NCBI GenBank assembly: GCA_964612215.1
Contig: CAZTEW010000002.1
Coordinates: 1 to 63,937, forward strand
Source of the DNA: an uncultured Gammaproteobacteria bacterium
Lineage (GTDB): Bacteria > Patescibacteriota > Microgenomatia > CAZTEW01
Direction: 5' to 3'
Length of the DNA: 63,937 nt
Position 1 is the first letter of the stretch, and each line of letters starts with the position of its first letter. Position numbers and translations under genes: made by a program. Positions 33,088 through 41,835 of the stretch are shown here, piece by piece. The notes under the pieces were generated by a model. The model ran no database searches. It was not told the DNA's origin and saw nothing but the letters and a program-made list of their open reading frames with translations.

Positions 33088-35274
33088 TCAATAACTAAAT
33101 TCTACTTGAGTTTGGCCCGCCGATGAGGCGGGTACAACTATAGCTCGATAATGATAATTGGCGCGGTAAATGGCTGCTTCCTGGCCGTTGACGCGCGCTG
33201 ACCAACCCGGATAAAAAGCGTCAGAGAGAATAAGAAGCGCTGGGCAAGGAGAGTTCACTTGTAGCTTAATCTGATTAGGAGTATAGCTGGTTATCTCAAC
33301 TGACTGATCTCCCATTGTCAAATTGTTACATTGTTCGATGGTTAAGGCTGGCTTCTCTTCGAGAATGGCTGTCTGGCTCAAATCAATCTCTTCACTCATC
33401 ATTAACTCAATCACTTCTTGCTGATCTTTGGCCACTTGATAATTATTCACCAAAAAAGCCCGGGGAAAAAATTGTTTATTCTCATAAATTTTTGTTTCGC
33501 CCTCTTCAAAAACAAGGTCTAATTTTTCTGATTCAAGCGCCTCAAGAGAAAGAAGATATCTCACATTTAAAAAATCAACCAATTTTGATTGGTAATTATG
33601 TAAGGTAATAATCCTATTAAAACCAAAGGGCGCTGAAATGTCTGGCTTGTCTCGTTCGATGGCCGCCACTAGCTCACCATAACGCCGGAGATAAAGCGGA
33701 TCATAACCAGACACATCTTCTAAATGATAAACAGCGCTGAAATTAGGCGCTAAGATGCGATCGTCAACGCCCATAATCCGGAACGGCTGCTCTTCGGTTT
33801 GTCGTTGCTGGAGAAATTCAATCGTTTTTGTTTTGGGAAAAATAAATTCTGCCGGTGAAAAAGGAGTGAATTTTTTGGCAAACCGAAGCAAGTCAAAACA
33901 GATCAGCAATAAAAGACTGCTGATAAATAACCAACGAGGCAAGCTGATAAGTCGGCGGGCTGCCACCAGCAACCAAAGCCCAACTAATATCGCTGTCGGT
34001 AAAATTAAATTCCGCCGGGCCACGGGCAGATTAGCCGGATCGGCTCCGCCACAAAAAGCAACCAGCCACAGCAAAAGAAAAACAGCGCTGATAACCGTCA
34101 ACCACCGCCAAGGAACGGTTTTGTTTTTAATTAATTTTTCCCAGCCAAAAGCAGCCAGGACTGCCAGGGAAAAATCAACCAGAAACAAAAGCCTGGTCGG
34201 TTGGCTGGTCGAAAGAAACGGAATTTTCAACTGATAGATCAATTTTGCCCAGGGCGTTGATAAAGCAAAAGACAAACTTATCAGCGCCAGCCAGGCAAAG
34301 AATTTTGTTTTCTTGTTTACAAAAATACCGCTTAAAGCTAAAACCAAAGGAATAATGCCAATAAAACCGATAAATTCTCCGTAATTCCATTCGCCCCAGT
34401 AATTCAGAGTCGTCGGATTGCCGAAAAAATCCGGCGCCAGGAATTGCACTAAATGCGGCCAGGGAATAAACCAGCCGGGCTGATGCCAGTTAAGATCGGC
34501 ACCTCGCCCGCTCCTTTCGATTAAACGAAAAGTCGGCAACCACTGAATCGCTGTCGCTAAAGTAAAAAGTAAAAAGTAAAAAGTAAAAAGTTTAATTATC
34601 TTCTTTCTTTTTTTGATCTGAAATAAACGCCAGATAATATAAATCGCACTGGCCAGGATAACATAAAAAGCAGTTTGGAGGTGGCCGGCGAAAAAAGAAC
34701 AGGCCAGGCTGAAAACGAAGATAAAGCTCCAGCCGCATCCTTGCCGGCCAATAATTTTATCAATTGCTAGCAGAATTAAAGGCAGCCACAAGGCCGCCTG
34801 ACCAATCGTTCCCCATTCCAGCCAGGCAACCATAAAGCCGGAAAAAGCAAAAGCTAAACCGCCAAGAAAAGCGGCCGTCCGGCCGAGCTTCAGGTTTCGT
34901 AAAAAAAGAAACATAAAAATCGCCGCCAGCAGCGGCTGTAAGAAAACCAGTATGGCCCAGCCAAAATTAAAATTAAAAAACCCTTGGCTGTCAGCAGGCA
35001 GGAAAAATAAAAAATTCAACGGGTAAAACGAGCCGGACTGAAAATTTGCTAAGAGCGGACTGCCGGTCAACTGATAAGGATTCCAACCTGGCCAATGACC
35101 AACCTGCCAGCTTTTAATAGCCAGCCAGCGCCAGGGATACTGCTGACGCACCGGGTCAGTAATCAAAAAGTTTTTAAAAGGAAAGCCACGCGGCCAGAGA
35201 TTAACAAAAAAATCCCGAAAAGGATGGTACATCCCGACCAAAGCATCTGCCGGAATCGGAAAAAAACTTTTCAT
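33088..35274 (-). CDS. YfhO-family GT-C membrane glycosyltransferase (lacks the N-terminal TM helix of its paralogues)
   Basis: 728 aa. WNPYQLTGSPLLANFQSGSFYPLNFL, PDFFGNP and FYPGWSARVNG motifs. Starts at MKSFFPIPADALV with an ATGA overlap to the upstream GT4. Confidence 0.75.
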   Translation of the reverse strand: MKSFFPIPADALVGMYHPFRDFFVNLWPRGFPFKNFLITDPVRQQYPWRWLAIKSWQVGHWPGWNPYQLTGSPLLANFQSGSFYPLNFLFFLPADSQGFFNFNFGWAILVFLQPLLAAIFMFLFLRNLKLGRTAAFLGGLAFAFSGFMVAWLEWGTIGQAALWLPLILLAIDKIIGRQGCGWSFIFVFSLACSFFAGHLQTAFYVILASAIYIIWRLFQIKKRKKIIKLFTFYFLLFTLATAIQWLPTFRLIERSGRGADLNWHQPGWFIPWPHLVQFLAPDFFGNPTTLNYWGEWNYGEFIGFIGIIPLVLALSGIFVNKKTKFFAWLALISLSFALSTPWAKLIYQLKIPFLSTSQPTRLLFLVDFSLAVLAAFGWEKLIKNKTVPWRWLTVISAVFLLLWLVAFCGGADPANLPVARRNLILPTAILVGLWLLVAARRLISLPRWLFISSLLLLICFDLLRFAKKFTPFSPAEFIFPKTKTIEFLQQRQTEEQPFRIMGVDDRILAPNFSAVYHLEDVSGYDPLYLRRYGELVAAIERDKPDISAPFGFNRIITLHNYQSKLVDFLNVRYLLSLEALESEKLDLVFEEGETKIYENKQFFPRAFLVNNYQVAKDQQEVIELMMSEEIDLSQTAILEEKPALTIEQCNNLTMGDQSVEITSYTPNQIKLQVNSPCPALLILSDAFYPGWSARVNGQEAAIYRANYHYRAIVVPASSAGQTQVEFSY
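33115..33133. repeat. Type-4 GC hairpin (GCCCGCC-GATGA-GGCGGGT) in frame
   Basis: Encodes PASSAGQT. Confidence 0.7.
34561..34588. repeat. Perfect heptanucleotide tandem repeat (AGTAAAA) x4 inside a CDS
   Basis: Four exact units. Encodes the TM helix LFTFYFLLFTL preceding the QWLPTF motif. Confidence 0.9.
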
Positions 35275-36341
35275 TTAATCAACTCCTCAAATTGCTGACA
35301 AAAAACCTTTTTACTGAACTTTTTGCTTTTTTGCTGACCCCGTCGCGCCAGCTTGCTGCGCAATCCTTCATTAATCATCAATTCCCGGGTGTATTTCAGC
35401 AGCTCTTTTTTCTTTTGCCAAAGAAAGCCGTCAAGCGCCTGATCAACAATCTCTTTCTGGCCGCCTTTAGCGCAAACCACGGGCACGCAGCCGGCAGCCA
35501 TGGCTTCCACGGTTCCGATGCCAAAGTGCTCGACTTTCTCCGGACTTTTCTCTTCATTAACGCCAAAGCCGGCGGCGTGCCAGTAAATTTTGGCTTCTCC
35601 GTAAAGATTCTGGAGGGTACTAAAATCAACGTTGGCCAAAATTTCTACGGACAAACCTTGAGCTGATTTTTTTAATTTTTCTAGCTTCCGGACGGCTCTC
35701 GCTTGAACCCCACCCGCCAGAATTAGACGCCAACCTCTTCGCTCTGCCTCTTCCATTTCTTTAAAAGCGCTCAAAAGGATGTTTTGCTTCTTAGCATGCA
35801 GAGGCGAATCAAATCTGGCTACCGAAAGAATAATATTTTTTTTCGGTTTGGCTGAGAATTCTTCTATGGCTACTGGCGGATAAATAACTTGGCTTTGAAT
35901 ATTGAACTCGCGGTCAATAAACTTTTTGGTAAAGAAAGAGTTGCAAACCACGGCGTTAACCTGACGTAGCTTCAGTTGATTCAGTAAAGAGCGACCGTGA
36001 ACACCAGTAAACGGCACCTGAAAATGGATAATCTTCTTTTGGCTGAAAAGAAAGGGCAGACTACCGTCAGAAAGATAGAAAATCAAATCATAAACGCGGG
36101 TGTTGTTTCTTCTTTGCCGAAAACCAGCCGGCTGAGAGAAAAGACGGTAGAGTCGGGGATTATACTGCAGGCCTTGAAAACGCAGATTAAATCGGGCGCT
36201 GGCTCTTTCCAAAGTTTCTTTTTCCGGCCAGAAAATTTCCACCTGATGGCCTTGAGACAACCAATATTCGGCTAAGGTCAAAGTATAGCGCTCGCCGCCG
36301 CCTAAAGTGTCTAAATAAGGATCAAAAAAACCAATTCTCAT
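35271..36341 (-). CDS. GT4-family (GT-B) glycosyltransferase
   Basis: 356 aa. EHFGIGTVEAMAAGCVPVV motif. Confidence 0.8.
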   Translation of the reverse strand: MRIGFFDPYLDTLGGGERYTLTLAEYWLSQGHQVEIFWPEKETLERASARFNLRFQGLQYNPRLYRLFSQPAGFRQRRNNTRVYDLIFYLSDGSLPFLFSQKKIIHFQVPFTGVHGRSLLNQLKLRQVNAVVCNSFFTKKFIDREFNIQSQVIYPPVAIEEFSAKPKKNIILSVARFDSPLHAKKQNILLSAFKEMEEAERRGWRLILAGGVQARAVRKLEKLKKSAQGLSVEILANVDFSTLQNLYGEAKIYWHAAGFGVNEEKSPEKVEHFGIGTVEAMAAGCVPVVCAKGGQKEIVDQALDGFLWQKKKELLKYTRELMINEGLRSKLARRGQQKSKKFSKKVFCQQFEELIK

Positions 36342-38631
36342 TATCTTTTAAACTCCATAAAATTCCGGCTAAGGCTAAACAAGCAATCATCAGGCCCCAG
36401 CGGAAAGCAGCTGGTCGATATTCAAAAACCACCTCATGTTCTCCGTCAGGAACCACCACTCCTCGGAAAGAATAATTAGTCCGGTAAGTTTTAGTGGTTT
36501 CGCCATCGATAGTCGCTTGCCAGCCAGGATAAAAATTATCAGTTAAAACCAGCAAGCTCCAACAATCAGCTTCCAAGTCAATCACCACTCGATGAGGTTG
36601 ATAATCAATAATTTCCGCGCCTCCTTTGTGACCACAAGTTTGAATTTCAAAATCAGGCTCGACTTCTAAAACGGCTGTTTGTTTTAGTTCTGTCTCCTCA
36701 ACCAACATAAAATCAACAATCTTCTGGTCTTCCTTGATCACTTGATAATCATTCACTAAAAAGGCTCGCGGCAAGGCCTGTTTGTTCAGCCAAACTTCAT
36801 ATTGATCATCTTCCCAGGTCTTTTCAAAACCTTCCGGATATTGCCAAAACGGAAACGCCCAAATATTTTGACCATCAGCTTTGGCATGAAGTAAATACTT
36901 AACTCCCAAAAAATTCAACAGTTTATAGGTGTAATCGCCGTTTTTACTGATATAAACAGTTAGTGGTGACGGATCACCAATTTTACCTGTTACTGCCGTT
37001 GCTATTAACTGACCATAGCGCCGGATAAAAAGAGGATCATAACCCTCAATGCCCGGAATTTGAAAAACATTTAGTTCGCCGCCGAAATTACCAAACACCC
37101 GTTCGCCTTTTTCAGTTTTTTCCTGAAGAACTTTAATGACTTCCAGCTGAGGGTAAAAGTGCTCTCGCGAATCAAATGGCAGCCATTTTCGGCTAAAACG
37201 AAAAACATCAAAGATCGTCAGCAATAGAATTGCTGACAGAATTATGAATTTAGAATTATGAATTTTTTCGAGCAAAGCTCCGCTAATTATCAAGCCAGAA
37301 AAAGTTAAAAATATCGCTGAAGGCAAAATAAGATTGCGGCGGCTGACCTGACGCCACTCACCTTTGCTTAAAAACGTCCACCCCCAAGCAACAGCCAAAA
37401 TAAAAGCAAAAACAAATAGAAAAACCACCAGCCTCTTGAGGCGCTTCTTTGACCAATCAACCAATAAGGCCTCTAGTCCAAAGCTAGCTAAAACTGCCAT
37501 GGCAAAACTATAAAGAACAATAATCCGGGAAAAGGCGCTGGTGGATAATACCGGAATTTTCAGCGACACCAAGAACTTTTGGACCGGCGAACGAACTACA
37601 ATAACTAAAGACAAAAAAACCAAGAAGATGAAAAAATGCCGCCGCCTGTCCTGCCGGCCGAAAAACAAACCGTAAGCTCCTAAAACCAGCGCTACGACGC
37701 CAATAAAGCCTGACCATTCGGCATAGTGACCGAACCAATTATTAGCGGTCACCGGGTTGCCAAAAAAGTCCGGTGCCAATAAAGTAATTAAATAGCGAAA
37801 CGGAATGCTTTCGCCGGGGTGAAAGGCTTCGCTTCGGACTGACTGTTGATAAAATTCAACTGTTGGCAGAATCTGCGGCCCGGCCAAACAAATTCCCAAA
37901 ACAAAAAATATCAGCAGTTTCCCTGAGCCGCGGCCGCGGCTCAACCAATAAAGAAAAACCGCCATTAAAAAATAAAGACTGATCTGAAAGTGGCCGGAAA
38001 AAAGGGAAAAAGCCGTTACCAGGGAAAAAAACGGACCTACCCAAATTTGACCTTGACGAAACTTTTCCACTAAGTAAAGCGCCAAAGGCAGCCAAACCAT
38101 GACCCAGACTAAGGTCCCGTAAGCCAGCCAGCAGGTAAAAAAACCGCTAAAACCAAAGCTAAAACTGCTGATCAGCGCCGCCCCGGCGGAAAATTTAATT
38201 TCCCGGAGATAAAGGAAGGTAAAAAGCGGCCCTAATAATAAGGGTAAAAGAACTAAAATGCTCCAAGCGTTTAAGACCGGTAAGAACGCAAACAGCCAGT
38301 TTCCGGGATGAAAAGGGGCTGACTGATAGTTTGCCAGCAGGGGCGTGCCGCTGAAATTATAAGGATTCCAACCCGGCCACTGACCGGACTGCCAGTCTTT
38401 AATCGCCAGCTGGCGCCAGGGAAAAATTTGCGAACCAACATCCGGCATGGCCGGGTTTCTCACCGGAAAGCCGTAATAATATTGCCAGGGCGTAAAGTTA
38501 TTGACTAAATGACTGGCCGGAAAAGGAATTCTCCCCTGTCCCCAAAAAGGAAAAGTAAAGATGATGAAAACCGCTAAAATCAGCAGGAAGCTAAACCTGT
38601 TTCTGTTGAAAACTACGATCGATTTTTTCAT
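36322..38631 (-). CDS. YfhO-family GT-C membrane glycosyltransferase
   Basis: 769 aa. FPASHLVNNFTPW, WNPYNFSGTPLLANYQSAPFHPGNWL, PDFFGNP and FYPGWQATIDG motifs. Confidence 0.8.
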   Translation of the reverse strand: MKKSIVVFNRNRFSFLLILAVFIIFTFPFWGQGRIPFPASHLVNNFTPWQYYYGFPVRNPAMPDVGSQIFPWRQLAIKDWQSGQWPGWNPYNFSGTPLLANYQSAPFHPGNWLFAFLPVLNAWSILVLLPLLLGPLFTFLYLREIKFSAGAALISSFSFGFSGFFTCWLAYGTLVWVMVWLPLALYLVEKFRQGQIWVGPFFSLVTAFSLFSGHFQISLYFLMAVFLYWLSRGRGSGKLLIFFVLGICLAGPQILPTVEFYQQSVRSEAFHPGESIPFRYLITLLAPDFFGNPVTANNWFGHYAEWSGFIGVVALVLGAYGLFFGRQDRRRHFFIFLVFLSLVIVVRSPVQKFLVSLKIPVLSTSAFSRIIVLYSFAMAVLASFGLEALLVDWSKKRLKRLVVFLFVFAFILAVAWGWTFLSKGEWRQVSRRNLILPSAIFLTFSGLIISGALLEKIHNSKFIILSAILLLTIFDVFRFSRKWLPFDSREHFYPQLEVIKVLQEKTEKGERVFGNFGGELNVFQIPGIEGYDPLFIRRYGQLIATAVTGKIGDPSPLTVYISKNGDYTYKLLNFLGVKYLLHAKADGQNIWAFPFWQYPEGFEKTWEDDQYEVWLNKQALPRAFLVNDYQVIKEDQKIVDFMLVEETELKQTAVLEVEPDFEIQTCGHKGGAEIIDYQPHRVVIDLEADCWSLLVLTDNFYPGWQATIDGETTKTYRTNYSFRGVVVPDGEHEVVFEYRPAAFRWGLMIACLALAGILWSLKDNENWFF
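37236..37266. repeat. Period-7 repeat block containing the same 28-nt string as 31577 and 44257
   Basis: CAGAATTATGAATTTAGAATTATGAATT, here inside a YfhO-family gene. Encodes KIHNSKFIIL. Confidence 0.85.
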
Positions 38632-39409
38632 AGGTTTGCTCTAATGATTCTGACCGCTGCCTTTCCCAGAGTCGGCTGTAAGTGATAAAGCGGCTAAACA
38701 CCTGGAAAATGCTCTCTAACCAGCCTTCAAGACCATAGCGCCAATTTTGCTCCAGCAAAACTTGGCATCTCAATTCCCGGGCCAGCGCTCTTAAAAGCCG
38801 CCACCAGGTTATCGGTGGATGACCGGACTGCATCATCAATTCGGCTTCTATTTTTGACCATTTCAGGGTTTTTTTGGTCATGGATTCAATATCGCGATGC
38901 GTCAGATGAACGAGATGATTTTTTAAAGTTCCTTTTCTGCCTTTGACCTGGGGGCTCTCGTGAATAACGCCTTGCCAAGACATTAATGCCTTTCTTTTGA
39001 ATAACTTCTCTACTTTATCTGGTTTTTGCTCCCTGCCGAGGAAAATATTTTTCCGCCAGATGTAATAAACCGCCGGTAGTCGCTCCTTGAGGTGGGACGG
39101 CATTTTGCCGACAATCCCCTTAATTTCTTTAGCCAGCTCTTTTGTTAGTCTTTCATCCGCATCCAGATAAAGCACCCAATCAGCCTGAGCCTGTCGAAGG
39201 CCAAATTCTCGCTGCGTCGCAAAGCTTTTTTTTTGATGGACGAAAACTTTGGCGCCATATTTTTTGGCAATCTCAATTGTCCTGTCGGTTGATTGATCAT
39301 CAACCACAATGATTTCAGCCGCCCACCTCTCCGGCGGGCGGACAGAATTCAAGCAGCCCGGCAGCCATTTTTCTTCGTTTTGAGTGAGAACAATTACGCT
39401 AAGTTTCAT
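38591..39409 (-). CDS. GT2-family glycosyltransferase (paralogue of 13316 and 40903)
   Basis: 272 aa. LSVIVLTQNEEKWL, IIVVDDQSTDRT and LDADE motifs. Confidence 0.8.
   Translation of the reverse strand: MKLSVIVLTQNEEKWLPGCLNSVRPPERWAAEIIVVDDQSTDRTIEIAKKYGAKVFVHQKKSFATQREFGLRQAQADWVLYLDADERLTKELAKEIKGIVGKMPSHLKERLPAVYYIWRKNIFLGREQKPDKVEKLFKRKALMSWQGVIHESPQVKGRKGTLKNHLVHLTHRDIESMTKKTLKWSKIEAELMMQSGHPPITWWRLLRALARELRCQVLLEQNWRYGLEGWLESIFQVFSRFITYSRLWERQRSESLEQTYEKIDRSFQQKQV
39083..39095. repeat. Solo type-1 arm (CTCCTTGAGGTGG), an apparent empty or excised site
   Basis: It sits at the position where paralogue 40903 carries the full 46-nt element. Protein is HLKERLP here versus HLRGVPPRRRATSEERLP in 40903. 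Confidence 0.6.
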
Positions 39410-40316
39410 AACTGCCTTTGCCGAACCGTCTTAAATAAAAGTCACGGACAGCTTTCTTTTGGCTAGATCTGCCTTTAAATAATAGTTTACCACTTTCTTT
39501 CAAAAGGGCTAATCGGGTTTTTAACCCTGCCCAGCGCCAGCCAAAAAGCAACCGGTTGCGGGTTAAATAATAATCCTGAAGCGGCTGGCCACTTGTTCCG
39601 GTGCCTAAATTTTTATGCCAAACCTTGGCCTGGGGCACGAAAAGCAGCTTAAAACCAGCTTGATTGGCGCGCTGACAGAAATCAGCGTCCTCATAATAAA
39701 GAAAATATTTTTCATCAAAACCGCGGATTTTTTCTAGAACTTCCCTTTTAATTAACATCGCGCAGCCAGAAACAAATTCTGTTTCTTCAACCTGGTCATA
39801 TTGACCGCGATCAACCTCATCCACGCCCCGATGCTGGCTGATCACATTCTGCCAGTCCATCAGGCCGCCGGCATACCAGAATACTTTCCCTCTTTCTTCT
39901 TTTGAATAGCGCTCGCGGTGAAACTCATAACCTTCGCTAAAATAGATTTTGGGGGACAGAATGCCGGCTTTTTTATCTTTCTGCGCCGCTTCGATTAAAC
40001 GAACTAAGGCTTTTTTGGCAATTTCCGTATCCTGGTTTAATAAAAAGACCCAGTCAGCATCGTTTTCCAGGGCGTAGCGAATACCAACATTGTTGCCACC
40101 AGCAAAACCAAGATTTGCTTGATTTTTAATGACTTTAACCCGTGAACTCGTTAACTCGTTAATAGATAATAATGAATTGTCAGTAGAAGCATTATCAACA
40201 ACGACAACATTCAAATCAACCCCGCGGACATCCAGCTGTTTAACAGACTCTAAACATTCGGTCGTCACTGAGCCGCTGTTAAAATTAAGAATAAGGAGAA
40301 AAACTGATTTTTTCAT
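39399..40316 (-). CDS. GT2-family glycosyltransferase (rhamnosyltransferase-like)
   Basis: 305 aa. LLILNFNSG, VVVDNASTDNS, NLGFAGGNN and YYEDADFCQR motifs. Confidence 0.8.
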   Translation of the reverse strand: MKKSVFLLILNFNSGSVTTECLESVKQLDVRGVDLNVVVVDNASTDNSLLSINELTSSRVKVIKNQANLGFAGGNNVGIRYALENDADWVFLLNQDTEIAKKALVRLIEAAQKDKKAGILSPKIYFSEGYEFHRERYSKEERGKVFWYAGGLMDWQNVISQHRGVDEVDRGQYDQVEETEFVSGCAMLIKREVLEKIRGFDEKYFLYYEDADFCQRANQAGFKLLFVPQAKVWHKNLGTGTSGQPLQDYYLTRNRLLFGWRWAGLKTRLALLKESGKLLFKGRSSQKKAVRDFYLRRFGKGSYET

Positions 40317-40945
40317 TGGGTGGTGATTTTGATTCTTGACTGGGTCAGAATGGCCACATCGCCAACAGTTGTTTTCATCTGGACGCGGTAAAGTTTTTTG
40401 CCAGGCGAAAGCGTCAACGGTGAAGAAATGACTAATCCCGGCGTACCGCCTTCCAAAGAAACCTCAGAATTCCAAACCATATGGCCGTCGGTGACATTAA
40501 AAAGTCGGGCATAGCCGCGCTGGTTGCCGTTAGGAATATTCAGACTGGCTTCAAAAACAACTTCTTTAATAGAACCGTATTGGGAAGAATCAATGTAGGT
40601 TTCCAGACCGATCATCTCCAGCCATTCGCGCGCCGTGGTTGAACCGCTGCCAAAGCTCACGAAGAATTCTTTAACTCCTTGGGCCGCTACGACTGGCTGT
40701 TTTTGGACTGATGGAGGCGCTGTTGCTTGAATAATTTCATCAATTTTTTCCAAACAGGCCGCTGGACAAACATCTATTTCAGCCGCCGGACTCGCTGTTT
40801 CTTCGATGATTGGTTCTTCTGGCGCGGGCGGTTGTGGCTTAACTGAATCAAGTTTTTGGAAAAACTTCATGTCTAAAAAAATCAGATTGGCAACAACCAG
40901 TATTAAAAGCGCCCAAAAAATGACTTGGAAAACCTTTGCCACCAT
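40313..40945 (-). CDS. N-terminally anchored extracytoplasmic protein of unknown function
   Basis: 210 aa. One N-terminal TM helix, a Pro/Glu-rich linker (KPQPPAPEEPIIEE), then a beta-rich C-terminal domain. No family recognised. Confidence 0.5.
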   Translation of the reverse strand: MVAKVFQVIFWALLILVVANLIFLDMKFFQKLDSVKPQPPAPEEPIIEETASPAAEIDVCPAACLEKIDEIIQATAPPSVQKQPVVAAQGVKEFFVSFGSGSTTAREWLEMIGLETYIDSSQYGSIKEVVFEASLNIPNGNQRGYARLFNVTDGHMVWNSEVSLEGGTPGLVISSPLTLSPGKKLYRVQMKTTVGDVAILTQSRIKITTQ

Positions 40946-41835
40946 TTTCCCTCCTTAGTCCAACTATTAATTAACCAGTGGTGTAATTCAGCGCCCATTT
41001 GTTTAAATTCTTTAGCGACTGCCTTTAAAAATTCTTTTTCTTGACTGGGAGGAAAGCCTTGTTTTTCCCAAATCTTGGCAAAAACGACCAAAGCATAAAA
41101 AGACTGCAGCAGCGCCAGCACCAAACCATGAAGGCCATCTTTAAAACCTTCCCGGGCAAAGAAAACCGAAAGAAAATCACGGGCCGGCATTCTGATGGCA
41201 TCATACCAATAGACTTTTTGACCGCGCTGCCGCAGACCTTTAACTTCATCCTCGGTATAAATCCGGTCCATCTTTTGGATAAACTGGGAAACGGTTTGGT
41301 AATTATGGTGCAGCAGCGGCGAGGTTAATTTCGCGGTTTCTCCCTGGACTTTGATTTTTTCATGAACATGCTGGCAGGGAAATTTCCCCTTGTTCCGCTG
41401 GAAAAGCCGCAGCTGATAATCCGGCCACCAGAGACCGTGTTGAATCCACTTACCAAAAATAATATTCTGCCGCGGCATCTCATAGCCTACTGGTAGTCTC
41501 TCCTCCGAGGTGGCCCGCCGACGAGGCGGGACTCCTCGGAGGTGGGACGACATTTCAGCGCTCAGCGCTGGTGTCACCCGTTCGTCGCCATCGAGGTTAA
41601 GAATCCAATCACCAGTCGCCTTTTCAAAGCCGAAGTTTTTGTTTTTATTAAGCATCGCTAGATTAGGTTTCACAAAAACCTTATTTGTGTATTGCCTGGC
41701 AATCGCCGCGGTTTTATCGGTCGAAGAGTTGTCAACAACAATCACCTCGTCCGCCAAGCCGCGGACCGATTCTAAACAGTCAGCTAAATTATTTTCTTCG
41801 TTAAAAACAGAAACCACTACCGAAATCTTCTTCAT
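40903..41835 (-). CDS. GT2-family glycosyltransferase (paralogue of 13316 and 38591)
   Basis: 310 aa. ISVVVSVFNEENNL, VIVVDNSSTDKT and LDGDE motifs. Confidence 0.8.
   Translation of the reverse strand: MKKISVVVSVFNEENNLADCLESVRGLADEVIVVDNSSTDKTAAIARQYTNKVFVKPNLAMLNKNKNFGFEKATGDWILNLDGDERVTPALSAEMSSHLRGVPPRRRATSEERLPVGYEMPRQNIIFGKWIQHGLWWPDYQLRLFQRNKGKFPCQHVHEKIKVQGETAKLTSPLLHHNYQTVSQFIQKMDRIYTEDEVKGLRQRGQKVYWYDAIRMPARDFLSVFFAREGFKDGLHGLVLALLQSFYALVVFAKIWEKQGFPPSQEKEFLKAVAKEFKQMGAELHHWLINSWTKEGKWWQRFSKSFFGRF
41500..41545. repeat. Type-1 palindromic element (46-nt canonical form) in frame
   Basis: CTCCTCCGAGGTGG-CCCGCCgacgaGGCGGG-aCTCCTCGGAGGTGG. A 46/46 match to 45882-45927, which lies in an unrelated gene. 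Confidence 0.9.

Noticed and set aside
41500-41545. Interpreting the in-frame GC-rich elements as inteins, self-splicing introns or rho-independent terminators.
   Set aside because: At 38-79 nt they are far too short for inteins or for group I or II introns. Most are not followed by a U-tract on the coding strand. The one exception, 54338, is noted as a finding.
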